Positions 1 to 9,666 are shown, counted from the first letter of the stretch. The stretch: DNA of 64,000 nt from an uncultured Eggerthella sp. (GCA_902464295.1 CABQIW010000002.1:17237-81236); one strand, 5' to 3'. A program made the numbers and translations. The notes: generated from the sequence alone by a model not told the origin.

Positions 1-122
1 GCGGGCAGGATGCAGACGCCCGCCAAGATGATGCAGGCGACTGGGTTGACGACGAGCCGCTTTAGGTCGCGCACGAATATCTGCAGGATGATCGAGAGAT
101 ATTTTCGCGCGCGATCGAGCAT
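1..122 (-). CDS. YhgE/Pip-family membrane protein, N-terminus only (runs off window edge)
   Basis: Manual translation from ATG at 122: MLDRARKYLSIILQIFVRDLKRLVVNPVACIILAGVCILP, matching the typical IFxRDLKRL..NPVA..GVxILP start of YhgE/Pip proteins. Confidence 0.7.
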   Translation of the reverse strand, partial: MLDRARKYLSIILQIFVRDLKRLVVNPVACIILAGVCILP

Positions 123-141
123 GACGTCTTCTTAGAAAAGC

Positions 142-402
142 CTAGTCTTCATTGCGAAGTTCGGTGTCTACGGTCTCTTTGATTTCGGAATCGGCAACAT
201 TCTGTTCGCGGCGTTCGCCCTTTTCGGCGAAGTGGATCTCGTCACGCAACGTGCGATCATAGCGATCGGCATCGTGGCTTCGATCCTCACGACGCTCTTG
301 GTAGTATTCGCCGCGGCGATCCTTGATGTGCTTGGCTTTTTCTTCTTCATGAAGATGCTCTTCGCGTTCGTCTTGACGTTCGTTTGGTATTTCGAGAGTC
401 AT
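142..402 (-). CDS. Small, highly charged hypothetical protein (86 aa)
   Basis: ORF with GGAGAAAAGGA Shine-Dalgarno-like sequence upstream; E/R/D/H-rich; co-oriented with flanking genes. Confidence 0.6.
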   Translation of the reverse strand: MTLEIPNERQDEREEHLHEEEKAKHIKDRRGEYYQERREDRSHDADRYDRTLRDEIHFAEKGERREQNVADSEIKETVDTELRNED

Positions 403-615
403 GATAGATTCCTTTTCTCCTGTGGTTCTTGTTTGAATTGCTGCAGAAGGAGCTGCAACACCTATTTAGCCTAGCGGTTTTTCTGTCGAGATCGCCGATC
501 AGCGACCAGTTGTTAATGACTTGCAATAAGCCCACTAACGAAGTGATGAAAGGGCTCAGGGAGAGTTGAGGAATCCCGCTCGTTGGCGCATCTTTGTGGC
601 CGTATGCGTTGCCTG

Positions 616-1650
616 TTAGCGCAGCGTGCGCAGGTAGTCTTTCATGCTGGCGGTAATACGACGACTCTCGATAGCTTTTTGGATCGCTTTGCGGCGCGTC
701 CATTCATCGAGCAGGGCTTCATCACCCTGACGTTCGAAGTATGGAAGCGCAGCGGTCTCCTGTTTCGCGAGCGCTTCAGCGAAATACCAGGCACGCATCA
801 TATCCACATAGTAGATGTCATCTTCGGTGGCGGGGTGAGCTTCGCTGTTGGGCATGCGCGTAGCTGCCACCCATTCGCAAAACCGAAGCTCGAACAGTTC
901 GTCCAGATAAAGCCGCATGAGAATACCGATGGCAAAGCGAATCGTGTAGCAATGATCAGAAGCGAGCCAGCGTTCCACTTGGTCGAGTGTTTCTTCAGGC
1001 CGCTTCGCGAACACTTTGGTAGGAAGCTGATCACAGGTTGCCCAGTTGTCCACGAAGGGAAGGAAGCGCTCGTAGAGCTTGAGCGCTTTATCGTAGTCGC
1101 GCTCTGCGCCGATCGTGAAGGCATGTACTTGGTTCTCGTCGAAGAGCCGATGGGGGAGCGCGCGCAGAAACGTGCTAGCGTCGTCGCGTTTAGCGAGCTC
1201 TTTGGCTATCTTGCGAAGCGCGGGCGTTCGAACACCCGCGATGGTCTTGGGATCCACATTCGGTACGAGTCGAGAATGGAAAGCGCGGTAATCTAGATCG
1301 ACATTCGCTTCCAAGCTGCGGCAGACGAACTCGCCAGCGGTGTCTTCGCCGAAGCCAGGAAGCTCGTTTCGAAGGATCTCCTCCAAGGGCGCATCCTTAG
1401 CTTTAGCGAGCAACGCATCTTTTTGGGCGCGATCGAGCTTTTTGAAGTGGGCTTCTGCGCTCATGGCGCGTTCTTTCGAATAGAAGCGGGCTTGCGCGAT
1501 CAATCGTACTGGCGCGTGCGATTTCGTGTACTTGGCACCAGTGCCAGCTTGATGCGCGGAAAGGCGTGCTTCGACATCGGTGGTGTATCCCGTGTAAAGG
1601 CTACCGTCCCCGCACTCCAAAACGTATATGTAGTGCTCGAAAGGTTTCAT
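616..1650 (-). CDS. GIY-YIG nuclease (UPF0213-like) fused to AlkD-like DNA alkylation repair domain
   Basis: N-term [29 protein letters not shown]-term [54 protein letters not shown]. Confidence 0.85.
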   Translation of the reverse strand: MKPFEHYIYVLECGDGSLYTGYTTDVEARLSAHQAGTGAKYTKSHAPVRLIAQARFYSKERAMSAEAHFKKLDRAQKDALLAKAKDAPLEEILRNELPGFGEDTAGEFVCRSLEANVDLDYRAFHSRLVPNVDPKTIAGVRTPALRKIAKELAKRDDASTFLRALPHRLFDENQVHAFTIGAERDYDKALKLYERFLPFVDNWATCDQLPTKVFAKRPEETLDQVERWLASDHCYTIRFAIGILMRLYLDELFELRFCEWVAATRMPNSEAHPATEDDIYYVDMMRAWYFAEALAKQETAALPYFERQGDEALLDEWTRRKAIQKAIESRRITASMKDYLRTLR

Positions 1651-1742
1651 GGTGGGCTAGATACTAGTAAAACGCTGGTAAGGTGCGTCCTTGTTGCGTA
1701 TCAGCAAAACGAAGACGCACCTTCATTTCTGTGTCGAAACAC

Positions 1743-2543
1743 CTACCACGTGCGTGATGCGAGCGCACGGAACTGTGCAACGGTAGGAACATGGGCATTC
1801 AATCCGCCATCTACCGTAACGACCTGCCCTGTGAAGTATTCGCTTTCGTCGGACGCAAGGTATACGCACATGGCAGCAATATCATCAGGCGAGCCATAGC
1901 GGGTAACCTCGATGTTATCAAGGAAAATGTCCTTCAGCATGTCGGGTACCTTGTCTGCGTTTTCTTCAGTGATGATAAGACCCGGACGCACGCAATTGCA
2001 TCGAATGCCGTCCTTGCCATATTGCAGTGCAGTGTATTTCGTGAGCATGTCAACGCCCGCCTTTGCGCAAGCATAAGCAGTTGAGCCTAAATCGCCGCTG
2101 CAAGCAGCCATGGACCCGATGTTAATGATGGAAGCCTTATCGTTACGCTTAAGGTAGGGCAAGGCGATCTTCGTGCAGTAAAAGGTGCTACGGATGTCGC
2201 TGGCGAAGACCGCGTCCCAGTCTTCGAGCGATATCTCATCCACGCGACCATCCTTAAGGGCCATGCCGGCTGCGTTGTTCACCACCACGTCGACCTTGCC
2301 CCAGGTTGCCTCCGTGTCGGCAAGAAGCGCATCGACGGTTTCAGGCTTGGTTACGTCGAGGAAGTGATACATTGCCTCGCCGCCTGCGGCTTTGATCTCG
2401 TCGACGATAGCTGCTCCACGCTCTTCACGGCGGCCGCATACGACAACACGCGCGCCTTCAGCAGCAAACATCTTTGCGATGCCCTTGCCGATGCCACTCG
2501 TGGATCCTGTGACGATGGCGACCTTGTCTTTCAAGCGATTCAT
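1743..2543 (-). CDS. Short-chain dehydrogenase/reductase (7-alpha-hydroxysteroid dehydrogenase-like)
   Basis: TGSTSGIG, VNNA, YACAK catalytic motif, GQVVTVDGG; start moved to ATG 2543 behind AAAGGAG. Confidence 0.85.
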   Translation of the reverse strand: MNRLKDKVAIVTGSTSGIGKGIAKMFAAEGARVVVCGRREERGAAIVDEIKAAGGEAMYHFLDVTKPETVDALLADTEATWGKVDVVVNNAAGMALKDGRVDEISLEDWDAVFASDIRSTFYCTKIALPYLKRNDKASIINIGSMAACSGDLGSTAYACAKAGVDMLTKYTALQYGKDGIRCNCVRPGLIITEENADKVPDMLKDIFLDNIEVTRYGSPDDIAAMCVYLASDESEYFTGQVVTVDGGLNAHVPTVAQFRALASRTW

Positions 2544-2705
2544 ATAGACTCCTTTGTCAAAATGGTGTTTCTCCATTGTATCGTTTTTGTATTTTGAATC
2601 TGATACAGAGCATAGAGACTACTGTATGAAAGCACTTTATAGCCTGACAGGGGCATTTAAGGGGAGGGATATGGCCTGTCTAACGTGCTTTTTTGACATA
2701 AAGCA

Positions 2706-3026
2706 TTAAGCACGCAGTTTCTTGCGAAGGTATTCGAGCGCCATGATAGGATGACGAACCATCATCCTGGGCGCAGCATAGCGCATGATGGCCCTGATGC
2801 GAATTTGAGCATCGCCGCGCTGACAGTGTGTTTCACAGTCTTGGCAGTTGCCTTCGTGCCCGTATGGACACGAAGCCGCGCGGGAAAGCGTTTGCTCTAT
2901 GGTCGTGCGGCACTCCTGGCACATTCCGCCTTCATCTTTTTGAGCATCGGAGTGATTGCCTTGGCAATAGATACTCCCCATGGCTTCAAGAACGCGTCTG
3001 TCTTTATCGATCTTATCCACGTGCAT
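2706..3026 (-). CDS. YgbA-like (nitrous oxide-stimulated promoter family) Cys-rich protein
   Basis: IYC..NH, CQEC, CPYG...CQDCETHC, IRAIMRYAAPRMM..HP pattern; the true start may be GTG 3020, 7 nt after a TATACT. Confidence 0.8.
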   Translation of the reverse strand: MHVDKIDKDRRVLEAMGSIYCQGNHSDAQKDEGGMCQECRTTIEQTLSRAASCPYGHEGNCQDCETHCQRGDAQIRIRAIMRYAAPRMMVRHPIMALEYLRKKLRA

Positions 3027-3174
3027 CAGTATAGATGAGCTAGGAGCTTGCGTGCTAGGAAGCTCTTGAGCGGACGTTCGTTAGCGGTGCTCTTTTCCCG
3101 ATCGCTCCTAAGCTGCTTGCGATGCTTCGTTGTCTCGGATCTATAGCGTTCGAGCTGCTTATTCAAAAGCTTCG

Positions 3175-3837
3175 TTAGGCATCGAAGTGGGCGAACGAGC
3201 GTGCTGAAAGCTTGCAGGCAACAACATTGCAGACGATGAAGATCACAAGCCCTGCCGCAAGCGCGCAGAGTTGAGCACTTGGGTCATTGAAGCCAGCGAC
3301 ACCAAAGGGTGCGGCGTTCGCAAGGGGGAGATAGGGAAGTACCACTGTTGCTGTGATGCAGATCGCCGCGGGGATAGAAGCGATGATGAACGGCAATCCA
3401 ACCTTCAGCGGATCGCGATAATACAGGGGGTAGAATACCAGGTTGAACACACCGAACGTGATGAAACCGAGCGCAACAAGATAGAGATTCGCCGCCGTTC
3501 CCACCGCTTCTGAAGGAGGCGCGATCCCGTTGATCCCCAGTGGGCCGCGTAGCGCGATGAAGACGACCATGATGGCGAGCATGATCGTCTCGATCCCTAT
3601 CATGGTAAGGATACGTGCCCTTGCCATGCTGGCGCGAGACAGCGGGAGGGAGAACGAGTACTCGAGGTCGTGCATCTCGCGCGCGTTCATTCCGTTGAAG
3701 AAGGCGACCAAAACCCCGTAGATGAAGATGGCACCATACATCCACGATGGTATGAGCACGAGCGCTCCGAGCACCACGATGAAATAGGTCGAAGGATGCA
3801 CGACAAGGCGGAGCTCTTTCAAAAGTGCGGCTTTCAT
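3175..3837 (-). CDS. ABC-2 type transporter permease
   Basis: ~6 hydrophobic segments, FSLPLSR motif; start MKAALLKE overlaps the upstream stop (ATGA). Confidence 0.8.
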   Translation of the reverse strand: MKAALLKELRLVVHPSTYFIVVLGALVLIPSWMYGAIFIYGVLVAFFNGMNAREMHDLEYSFSLPLSRASMARARILTMIGIETIMLAIMVVFIALRGPLGINGIAPPSEAVGTAANLYLVALGFITFGVFNLVFYPLYYRDPLKVGLPFIIASIPAAICITATVVLPYLPLANAAPFGVAGFNDPSAQLCALAAGLVIFIVCNVVACKLSARSFAHFDA

Positions 3838-4715
3838 AGCGTTGCCTTTCGTGCAGTGTGGGTCATGATATCGTCGAGCGTTGCAGGTTCGCCGATGCCT
3901 GATCGGGAAGGGACAAGAGCGCTCTTCCCGTTGGCGGTTTCGCGTATTCCGTAGATCGGTGCATCGACGCGTTTCGCGGCATCGAGCGGTGCAACGCGAT
4001 AGTGGTCCTTGAATTCGGAAAGGCTCCCTTTGCCGATGATGTTCCCGTTGTCGATATAGAGGATGTTGGATGCGCATTTTTCGAGGTCGGAGGTTATGTG
4101 TGTGGAGAACAGCACGCCTACGTTCTCGTTTCTGGCCAGCTTGAGAAGGATATCTAGCACCTCTTCACGCGAAGCAGGATCGAGCCCGCTCGTTGGTTCA
4201 TCGAGGATGAGTAGCCTTGCGTTGTGAGAGAGAGCGAGCGCGAGCGCGAACTTGACGCGCATACCTTGGGACAGGTCTATGATGCGCTTCTTCTGATCGA
4301 GGTTAAAGAGCCTGCAGTAGCGAGCGTAAGCATCGTCGCTCCAATTCGCATAGAAGTTGCTCGTGATGCTCGCGATGAGCGAAAGTCGCTTGGTGCGATA
4401 GAAGTCTGCGCTGTTGAGCTCAAACCCAACCTGCTCCTTGATGGTGTCTTCGTTTCCCAGGTACGGCTTTCCGAAGTATTCGATGGTTCCGCCATCGGGG
4501 TGCACCGCACCTTCAAGACATTTCAAGGTGGTCGATTTCCCCGCGCCGTTTCGTCCGATGAAGCCCGTTATGGTGCCTGCCTCGACCGAGAAGGAAACAT
4601 CGCGCAGCTTGAAGGCAGGATAGGATTTCGCGAGATCCTCGACGCGCAAGAGCGTTTCTGGCTTGGATGAGCCACTGCTATGAATTGATGGTTGGGCCAT
4701 CTGCTCTCCGTTCAT
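3834..4715 (-). CDS. ABC transporter ATP-binding protein
   Basis: Walker A GRNGAGKS, signature LSQGM, Walker B LLILDEPT, H-loop STH. Confidence 0.92.
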   Translation of the reverse strand: MNGEQMAQPSIHSSGSSKPETLLRVEDLAKSYPAFKLRDVSFSVEAGTITGFIGRNGAGKSTTLKCLEGAVHPDGGTIEYFGKPYLGNEDTIKEQVGFELNSADFYRTKRLSLIASITSNFYANWSDDAYARYCRLFNLDQKKRIIDLSQGMRVKFALALALSHNARLLILDEPTSGLDPASREEVLDILLKLARNENVGVLFSTHITSDLEKCASNILYIDNGNIIGKGSLSEFKDHYRVAPLDAAKRVDAPIYGIRETANGKSALVPSRSGIGEPATLDDIMTHTARKATL

Positions 4716-5130
4716 TCACTATTCGTCCATAGCTCTCAAGCATGGATTCCGCATCTTCGACCTTCTGCAGTGCGATACCTTGTGCTTCGTCGCCCAAAAC
4801 GAGCAGTTCGGATCCTGCGTGCAGCTCGAAGATATCGCGCGCTTTCTTCGGGACGACGATCTGTCCGCGTTCTCCCATGCGCACGATGCCGAAGATGTGC
4901 TTACCGCGGGGAGGAATGGGGTAGCCCGTCGCTGCTTCGTTATGCGCGATGAGATCATCGACAGAAACACCCAGGAGCTTTGCGAGCGCATAGGCGTTTT
5001 CGAGATCGGGAAGAGATTCCCCCGATTCCCACTTGGCAACGGTCTGCCTTGCAACGCTCAGTCGATTCGCAAGGTCTTCTTGGGTGAGCCCGAGCGCCTT
5101 TCGTGCCGCTTGGATATTCTGAGAAATCAT
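4678..5130 (-). CDS. XRE-family HTH regulator with C-terminal AbrB/SpoVT-like domain
   Basis: LTQEDLA..L.VARQTVAKWESGESLPD HTH; C-term VRMGERGQIVVPKKARDIFEL..G.ELLV; GGAGG about 10 nt before ATG 5130. Confidence 0.85.
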   Translation of the reverse strand: MISQNIQAARKALGLTQEDLANRLSVARQTVAKWESGESLPDLENAYALAKLLGVSVDDLIAHNEAATGYPIPPRGKHIFGIVRMGERGQIVVPKKARDIFELHAGSELLVLGDEAQGIALQKVEDAESMLESYGRIVNERRADGPTINS

Positions 5131-5311
5131 ACGATTCATACCTCCTGATATAGCGTATCGTCCACTCTCCTCTTTCACCACCAAGTATAGATGGCATTTG
5201 GAGGGCAATAATGTAATGAGTTCGTGACATTTCAAGATGCTGAAGCGTAGATGTGCTCTCGCTTTGCTTTGGAGGGCGGTGCTGCTCTTTGCCCCCTTAA
5301 AGCTTTTCGTC

Positions 5312-5363
5312 TTGACGGCTGTGTATAGGTGTGTATATACTGTTTATATTGCATATGCACACA
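5312..5363 (+). promoter_or_regulatory. Sigma70-type promoter with overlapping GntR/YtrA-like operator boxes
   Basis: TTGACG (5312-5317), 18 nt spacer, TATACT (5336-5341); imperfect palindromes GTGTATAGGTGTGTATATAC and TGTTTATATTGCATATGCACA upstream of a YtrA-type gene. Confidence 0.65.
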
Positions 5364-5431
5364 GTCTCGCGGAAGGACGCTTTTGCGAGACGATGCGGCA
5401 GCTGCTGCAGGGTTGCCGGAAAAGAGGACAA

Positions 5432-5803
5432 TTGGAGATCGTTATTTCGAATTCGGGTTCGGTCCCGATCTACGAGCAGATAGAGGCTCAGATCAAAGAC
5501 GCGATCATGACTGGCGAGCTAACGGCAGGGGAGCATCTCCCCAGCATTCGCTCTCTTGCCAATGATCTGCGGGTAAGCGTGATCACTACCAAGCGTGCGT
5601 ACTCCGATCTGGAGGAGCTGGGCTTCGTGGTCACGGTTCAGGGGAAGGGTACCTTCGTTGCCAGTGGCAATCAGGATCTGCTGCGTGAGGAGCGCATTCG
5701 ACAGGTTGAAGAGTCGCTCGAGCGCGCAATAGCAGATGCGCAACCCCTCGGGCTTACCGCGGATGATCTGCATGAAATGCTCGATCTGCTCTTGGAAGAC
5801 TAG
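5432..5803 (+). CDS. GntR family (YtrA subfamily) transcriptional regulator
   Basis: PIYEQI..QIK..I..GEL..GE.LPSIR.LA.DL.VSVITTKRAY; TTG start after GAGGA. Confidence 0.9.
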   Translation: MEIVISNSGSVPIYEQIEAQIKDAIMTGELTAGEHLPSIRSLANDLRVSVITTKRAYSDLEELGFVVTVQGKGTFVASGNQDLLREERIRQVEESLERAIADAQPLGLTADDLHEMLDLLLED

Positions 5804-5822
5804 CTCGTCCGAGGAGATATAC

Positions 5823-6707
5823 ATGGACGCATTGATAAACGTAACTAACTTAGGGAAGCGCTACGATGGCTTCCATCTTGAAGATATCGGGCTTACCGTT
5901 GAAGCCGGCACCGTTGTGGGCTTGATCGGATCGAACGGGGCAGGAAAGACCACCACGATCAAGATGCTGCTCGGCATCTTACAACCCGATGAGGGTGAAG
6001 GCGACGTGCTCGGTTGCTCGATCGGGAAAGGCATGTTCCTAGAAGGGAGCGTCAAGGAGCGCATCGGCGTTGTTCTCGATACGTGCGCCTTCCCTGAAAC
6101 CTTGAAGGTTCAAGATGTGGCAACGCTCGGTCGTTTCGCTTATTGCAATTGGGACGCGAAGCGCTTCGGTGCGCTGTGCGAGCGTTTCGAGCTTGCGCCC
6201 AAGAAGAACGTGAAAGAACTTTCGCGCGGTATGGGCATGAAGCTCATGTTGGCCTTCGCGCTTTCGCACGATCCTGAACTGCTCGTTTTGGATGAAGCAA
6301 CTGCTGGTCTCGATCCGATGGCACGCGAAGAGGTGCTGGATATCCTGCGCGATTTCATGAAGACCGACGATCACGCGATCCTGCTTTCAACGCACATCAC
6401 GAACGATCTCGAGAAGATCGCCGATGAGATCATCTGCATAGATGGTGGCAAACTCGTTTTCAGCCTACCCAAGGATGAGGTGTGCGACGTGGCAGGCGTT
6501 GCGCACTGCAGGCAGCGCGACCTTGAACTAATACGGGAGAGCGCCTGGGCAGAGGATGAACGCCTGCGGAAGCTCAAGAGCGGTATGGCCTACGATGTGC
6601 TCGTGCCTGATCGGTTCGCTTTCGCGAAGGCTTTCCCAGACATCGCGCTCGATAGCGCGAGCATTGACGATTACATGACGCTCACCTTGAAAGGAGAGCA
6701 ACTATGA
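5823..6707 (+). CDS. ABC transporter ATP-binding protein (YtrB-like)
   Basis: GSNGAGKT, LSRGM, LLVLDEATAGLDP, STH; GAGGAG RBS. Confidence 0.92.
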   Translation: MDALINVTNLGKRYDGFHLEDIGLTVEAGTVVGLIGSNGAGKTTTIKMLLGILQPDEGEGDVLGCSIGKGMFLEGSVKERIGVVLDTCAFPETLKVQDVATLGRFAYCNWDAKRFGALCERFELAPKKNVKELSRGMGMKLMLAFALSHDPELLVLDEATAGLDPMAREEVLDILRDFMKTDDHAILLSTHITNDLEKIADEIICIDGGKLVFSLPKDEVCDVAGVAHCRQRDLELIRESAWAEDERLRKLKSGMAYDVLVPDRFAFAKAFPDIALDSASIDDYMTLTLKGEQL

Positions 6708-7396
6708 AAGCTATGATCTTCTCAGACCTCATCACTTCCAAGAATGCTTTTGTGCAACTGCTGCTCATATCCATTGTGATCTGCGGGTTCCTTGCATGGG
6801 GTACGGGTGAGGTGATCGTTGGCACGGCTGCAATGGCAACGATGGCGCCTTTGATGTATCTCTTCTCGATCTTCGCCTACGACGAGATGAACGGATGGGA
6901 GCGCTTCCGTATGACGTTGCCTTTGACCAAGCATCAGGTTGCCTACGGGCGCTACGTGAGCATGCTCATCGTTTCGGTGGTCTCGATGCTTGCAGCTTGG
7001 CTGATTTCGTTCGTATTCATTGCGATCATTCAGGCTTGGGGTGGTTTCGGCACAAGTGCGGAGTTCGCGGCCCCTGAGTCTCCCCTCGCTATCCTCGATT
7101 GCGGCATAGCTGGCTTTGTCTTCATCTTGCTGCTTGCAGCACTCACTCTGCCGCTTCTGATGCGTTTTGGCATGAACAAGGCAACACGCCTTTTGCCGCT
7201 TCTCGTGGTCGTGGTGGTCGTGCTTGCGAGCGTTGCGATCGGAAACGTTTCAGATGGGATCGACATGATGGCCGTGCGCACCTTCTTGAATGACCATACG
7301 GTTGCTATCGCGATAGGGGGCTGTGTGGTGTCAGTTGTCCTTTATGTTGTGAGCGCATTCATCGCCGCACGCCTCTATCAGGCTCGCGAACTGTAA
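6704..7396 (+). CDS. ABC-2 type transporter permease
   Basis: Six TM segments, AYDEMNGWERFRMTLPL motif, ATGA coupling to the ATPase. Confidence 0.85.
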   Translation: MKAMIFSDLITSKNAFVQLLLISIVICGFLAWGTGEVIVGTAAMATMAPLMYLFSIFAYDEMNGWERFRMTLPLTKHQVAYGRYVSMLIVSVVSMLAAWLISFVFIAIIQAWGGFGTSAEFAAPESPLAILDCGIAGFVFILLLAALTLPLLMRFGMNKATRLLPLLVVVVVVLASVAIGNVSDGIDMMAVRTFLNDHTVAIAIGGCVVSVVLYVVSAFIAARLYQAREL

Positions 7397-7490
7397 AATA
7401 GATCGAAGCACGTGGCGCAAACGGAATGATCTCGTTTTTTGCGAGCGAACCTGCGCTGCTGTGCTTCGCTGTTGTTCTATGAAAGGGCTC

Positions 7491-8288
7491 ATGATGGATT
7501 ATCAGAAGATCACCTACACCGTTGAAGAGGGCGTTGCGGTCATCGCGATGACTTGCAAGGAGAATTTGAATGCGCTCGATATGCAGATGGGCGCCGAATT
7601 GCTCGATGCAATACGTAACGCGGAAACGAACGATGAGGTGAAGGTGCTCGTGATCAAAGGGCTCGAGCGTTCGTTCTCTGCAGGTGGCGATGTGGGGATG
7701 CTCCATGGTGTCTTCGAATCGGGCGAGCCGATGGATATGGCAGCCATGATGGAGAAGAACAGCATCATCACCGACAAGCTCAAGAAGATGGACAAGCTCG
7801 TCATCACCTCGGTTGCTGGGTCGGTCGCGGGAGCTGGCGTGAGCTTGGCACTTTCCGGCGATTTCATGATCTGCGCTGATAATGCGAAGTTCATCCTTGC
7901 ATTCGTGAACCTCGGCCTCGTGCCCGATATGGGTCTTACCTATCTGCTCTCGAAGACCATTGGCCCTGCGCGCACGATGGACTTAGCGGTAACGGGTCGC
8001 CCGGTGGATGTAGCGGAATTCTACGACTGGGGTCTCGTGCAGCGCATGGTGCCTGCCGATATCTTGGACGAAGAGACGATGAAATTCGCACGCAAGCTGG
8101 TACGCGGTCCACTGGTCGCTTACAAGAACATCAAGAAGCAGATCTACACTGTTGAGTATGCGGAGTATCTTAAGTGGATCACGACCGTTGAAGTGCCCAC
8201 GCAATGCGAATGCGCTGCAACGCAAGATTTCCGCGAGGGTGTCTACGCTTTCATCGAGAAGTGCCGCGCAGAATTCACGGGGAATTAG
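7491..8288 (+). CDS. Enoyl-CoA hydratase/isomerase (crotonase, PaaG-like)
   Basis: NAL, FSAGGD, VAGAGVSLAL..D, AFVNLGLVPDMG, DFREGV.AF.EK. Confidence 0.9.
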   Translation: MMDYQKITYTVEEGVAVIAMTCKENLNALDMQMGAELLDAIRNAETNDEVKVLVIKGLERSFSAGGDVGMLHGVFESGEPMDMAAMMEKNSIITDKLKKMDKLVITSVAGSVAGAGVSLALSGDFMICADNAKFILAFVNLGLVPDMGLTYLLSKTIGPARTMDLAVTGRPVDVAEFYDWGLVQRMVPADILDEETMKFARKLVRGPLVAYKNIKKQIYTVEYAEYLKWITTVEVPTQCECAATQDFREGVYAFIEKCRAEFTGN

Positions 8289-8324
8289 TGCAAGCAGAAC
8301 GCATCGTTGAAGAGCATTTGTTTG

Positions 8325-8357
8325 AGGCTCGTGGCCTAGGAGGGCTGCGAGCCTTTT
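8325..8357 (+). terminator. Intrinsic terminator between convergent genes
   Basis: AGGCTCGTGGCC-taggag-GGCTGCGAGCCT stem followed by a short T run. Confidence 0.55.
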
Positions 8358-9666
8358 ACTCGTTTGGGCCGCTACTCGAGCCTGCAGCCATCTCGGCGAT
8401 GGCGTCGCTCGAGCGTTTGATCTTCGCCTCGATGCGTTCTTTTTCGTCGCCTGTTGCAGGCGTGGGCTGATAGTTATTTCGCGAGCTTACTGAAGAGATC
8501 GAACAGGGGATCACGTTCGTATTGTCGATCGTGACATCGTTGCCACGCACGGTAAAGGTTTGTTGAACGATCATGCAATCCTTATCACTGGGGTTCTTGT
8601 TGCCGCCGAAGCAGAAATTGCCCAAGCTGTAGACGATCGTATGCCCGTTGTAGTTCTCCATGCCTTGGATCACATGTGGGTGCGATCCGACCACGAGCGT
8701 TGCTCCAGCATCGATGGCGGCATGTCCGAGTTCCATCTGAACGCTGTCGGGCACGGTCTCGCGCTCGGTTCCCCAGTGGAAGAACACCACGATGATCTGC
8801 GCTCCCGCCTCTTTGGCAGCGTTGATGTTGTTCACCATCTCGTCTTTGATGCCAGCGCCTTCGGCAAGTTCGTACGTTCCGACGAGCGCGACCTTCACGC
8901 CTTTCACATCCAGATACGCGATGCGATCATAGCCGAAGGTAGGAATGCCCACGGCCTCGACCGCTTCGATGGTGTCGGTGTAGCTTTGATCGCCGTAGTC
9001 GCGCGAATGATTGTTCGCAAGCGATGCTGCATCGACGTTGCCCGCCTTGAGTATCTCGGCGTATTCGCGCGGCGCTTTGAACGCGAAGGTCTTATCGGCG
9101 CGCGTAGTGGAATCGGTGAGGGTGCCTTCCATGTTCACGATCGTGGCATCGTCGGCGGCGAAGATATCGGCCACGTTCGCGAAGAAGTAAGCGGGGTCGC
9201 CCACTTCGTTGTATTTTGCGTTGAAGCTCGTGGAGCGATCGAAGCCTTCGTCGGTGCCGAGCGTGCAATCACCCGCGAAGGAAAGCGTGATCGTTTGGCC
9301 TTCGGGGGCGGCTTTATCCGAAGCGGCAAGCGTTCCTTCGCTGTTCGATTCGGTAAAGGAGCAAGAGGTGCAGGAACTGAACGCGAATGCGACTGCGATA
9401 AGGGCGATGAGCGCGAAAGCGATCCAGATGGGGAGATGGCGTTTGGAGTTGCGCATCTGATATGGAGGATGAGCTGCGTGGGTGGTTGGTGGCATAGTAC
9501 GGTGCTGCTCTTGATGCACCTTGTTGTTCATGCCCGTTTCGCGCGTACGAGGTGCACCCGAGCGAGCGGTTTCTCGCCTTGTGCCGTGTGTGGCCGTGCG
9601 CCTTGCAGGGCGATCGGTACGCTTCGTAGGCTTTCTATCTTGCTTTTTATTATGTTGATATGGCAT
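8356..9666 (-). CDS. CapA/PgsA family (poly-gamma-glutamate biosynthesis-like metallophosphoesterase) membrane-anchored protein
   Basis: FAGD, VNMEG, SLANNHSRDYG, FHWGTE, VGSHPHV.Q, YSLGNFCFGG; basic N-terminus followed by one TM helix. Confidence 0.9.
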   Translation of the reverse strand: MPYQHNKKQDRKPTKRTDRPARRTATHGTRRETARSGAPRTRETGMNNKVHQEQHRTMPPTTHAAHPPYQMRNSKRHLPIWIAFALIALIAVAFAFSSCTSCSFTESNSEGTLAASDKAAPEGQTITLSFAGDCTLGTDEGFDRSTSFNAKYNEVGDPAYFFANVADIFAADDATIVNMEGTLTDSTTRADKTFAFKAPREYAEILKAGNVDAASLANNHSRDYGDQSYTDTIEAVEAVGIPTFGYDRIAYLDVKGVKVALVGTYELAEGAGIKDEMVNNINAAKEAGAQIIVVFFHWGTERETVPDSVQMELGHAAIDAGATLVVGSHPHVIQGMENYNGHTIVYSLGNFCFGGNKNPSDKDCMIVQQTFTVRGNDVTIDNTNVIPCSISSVSSRNNYQPTPATGDEKERIEAKIKRSSDAIAEMAAGSSSGPNE

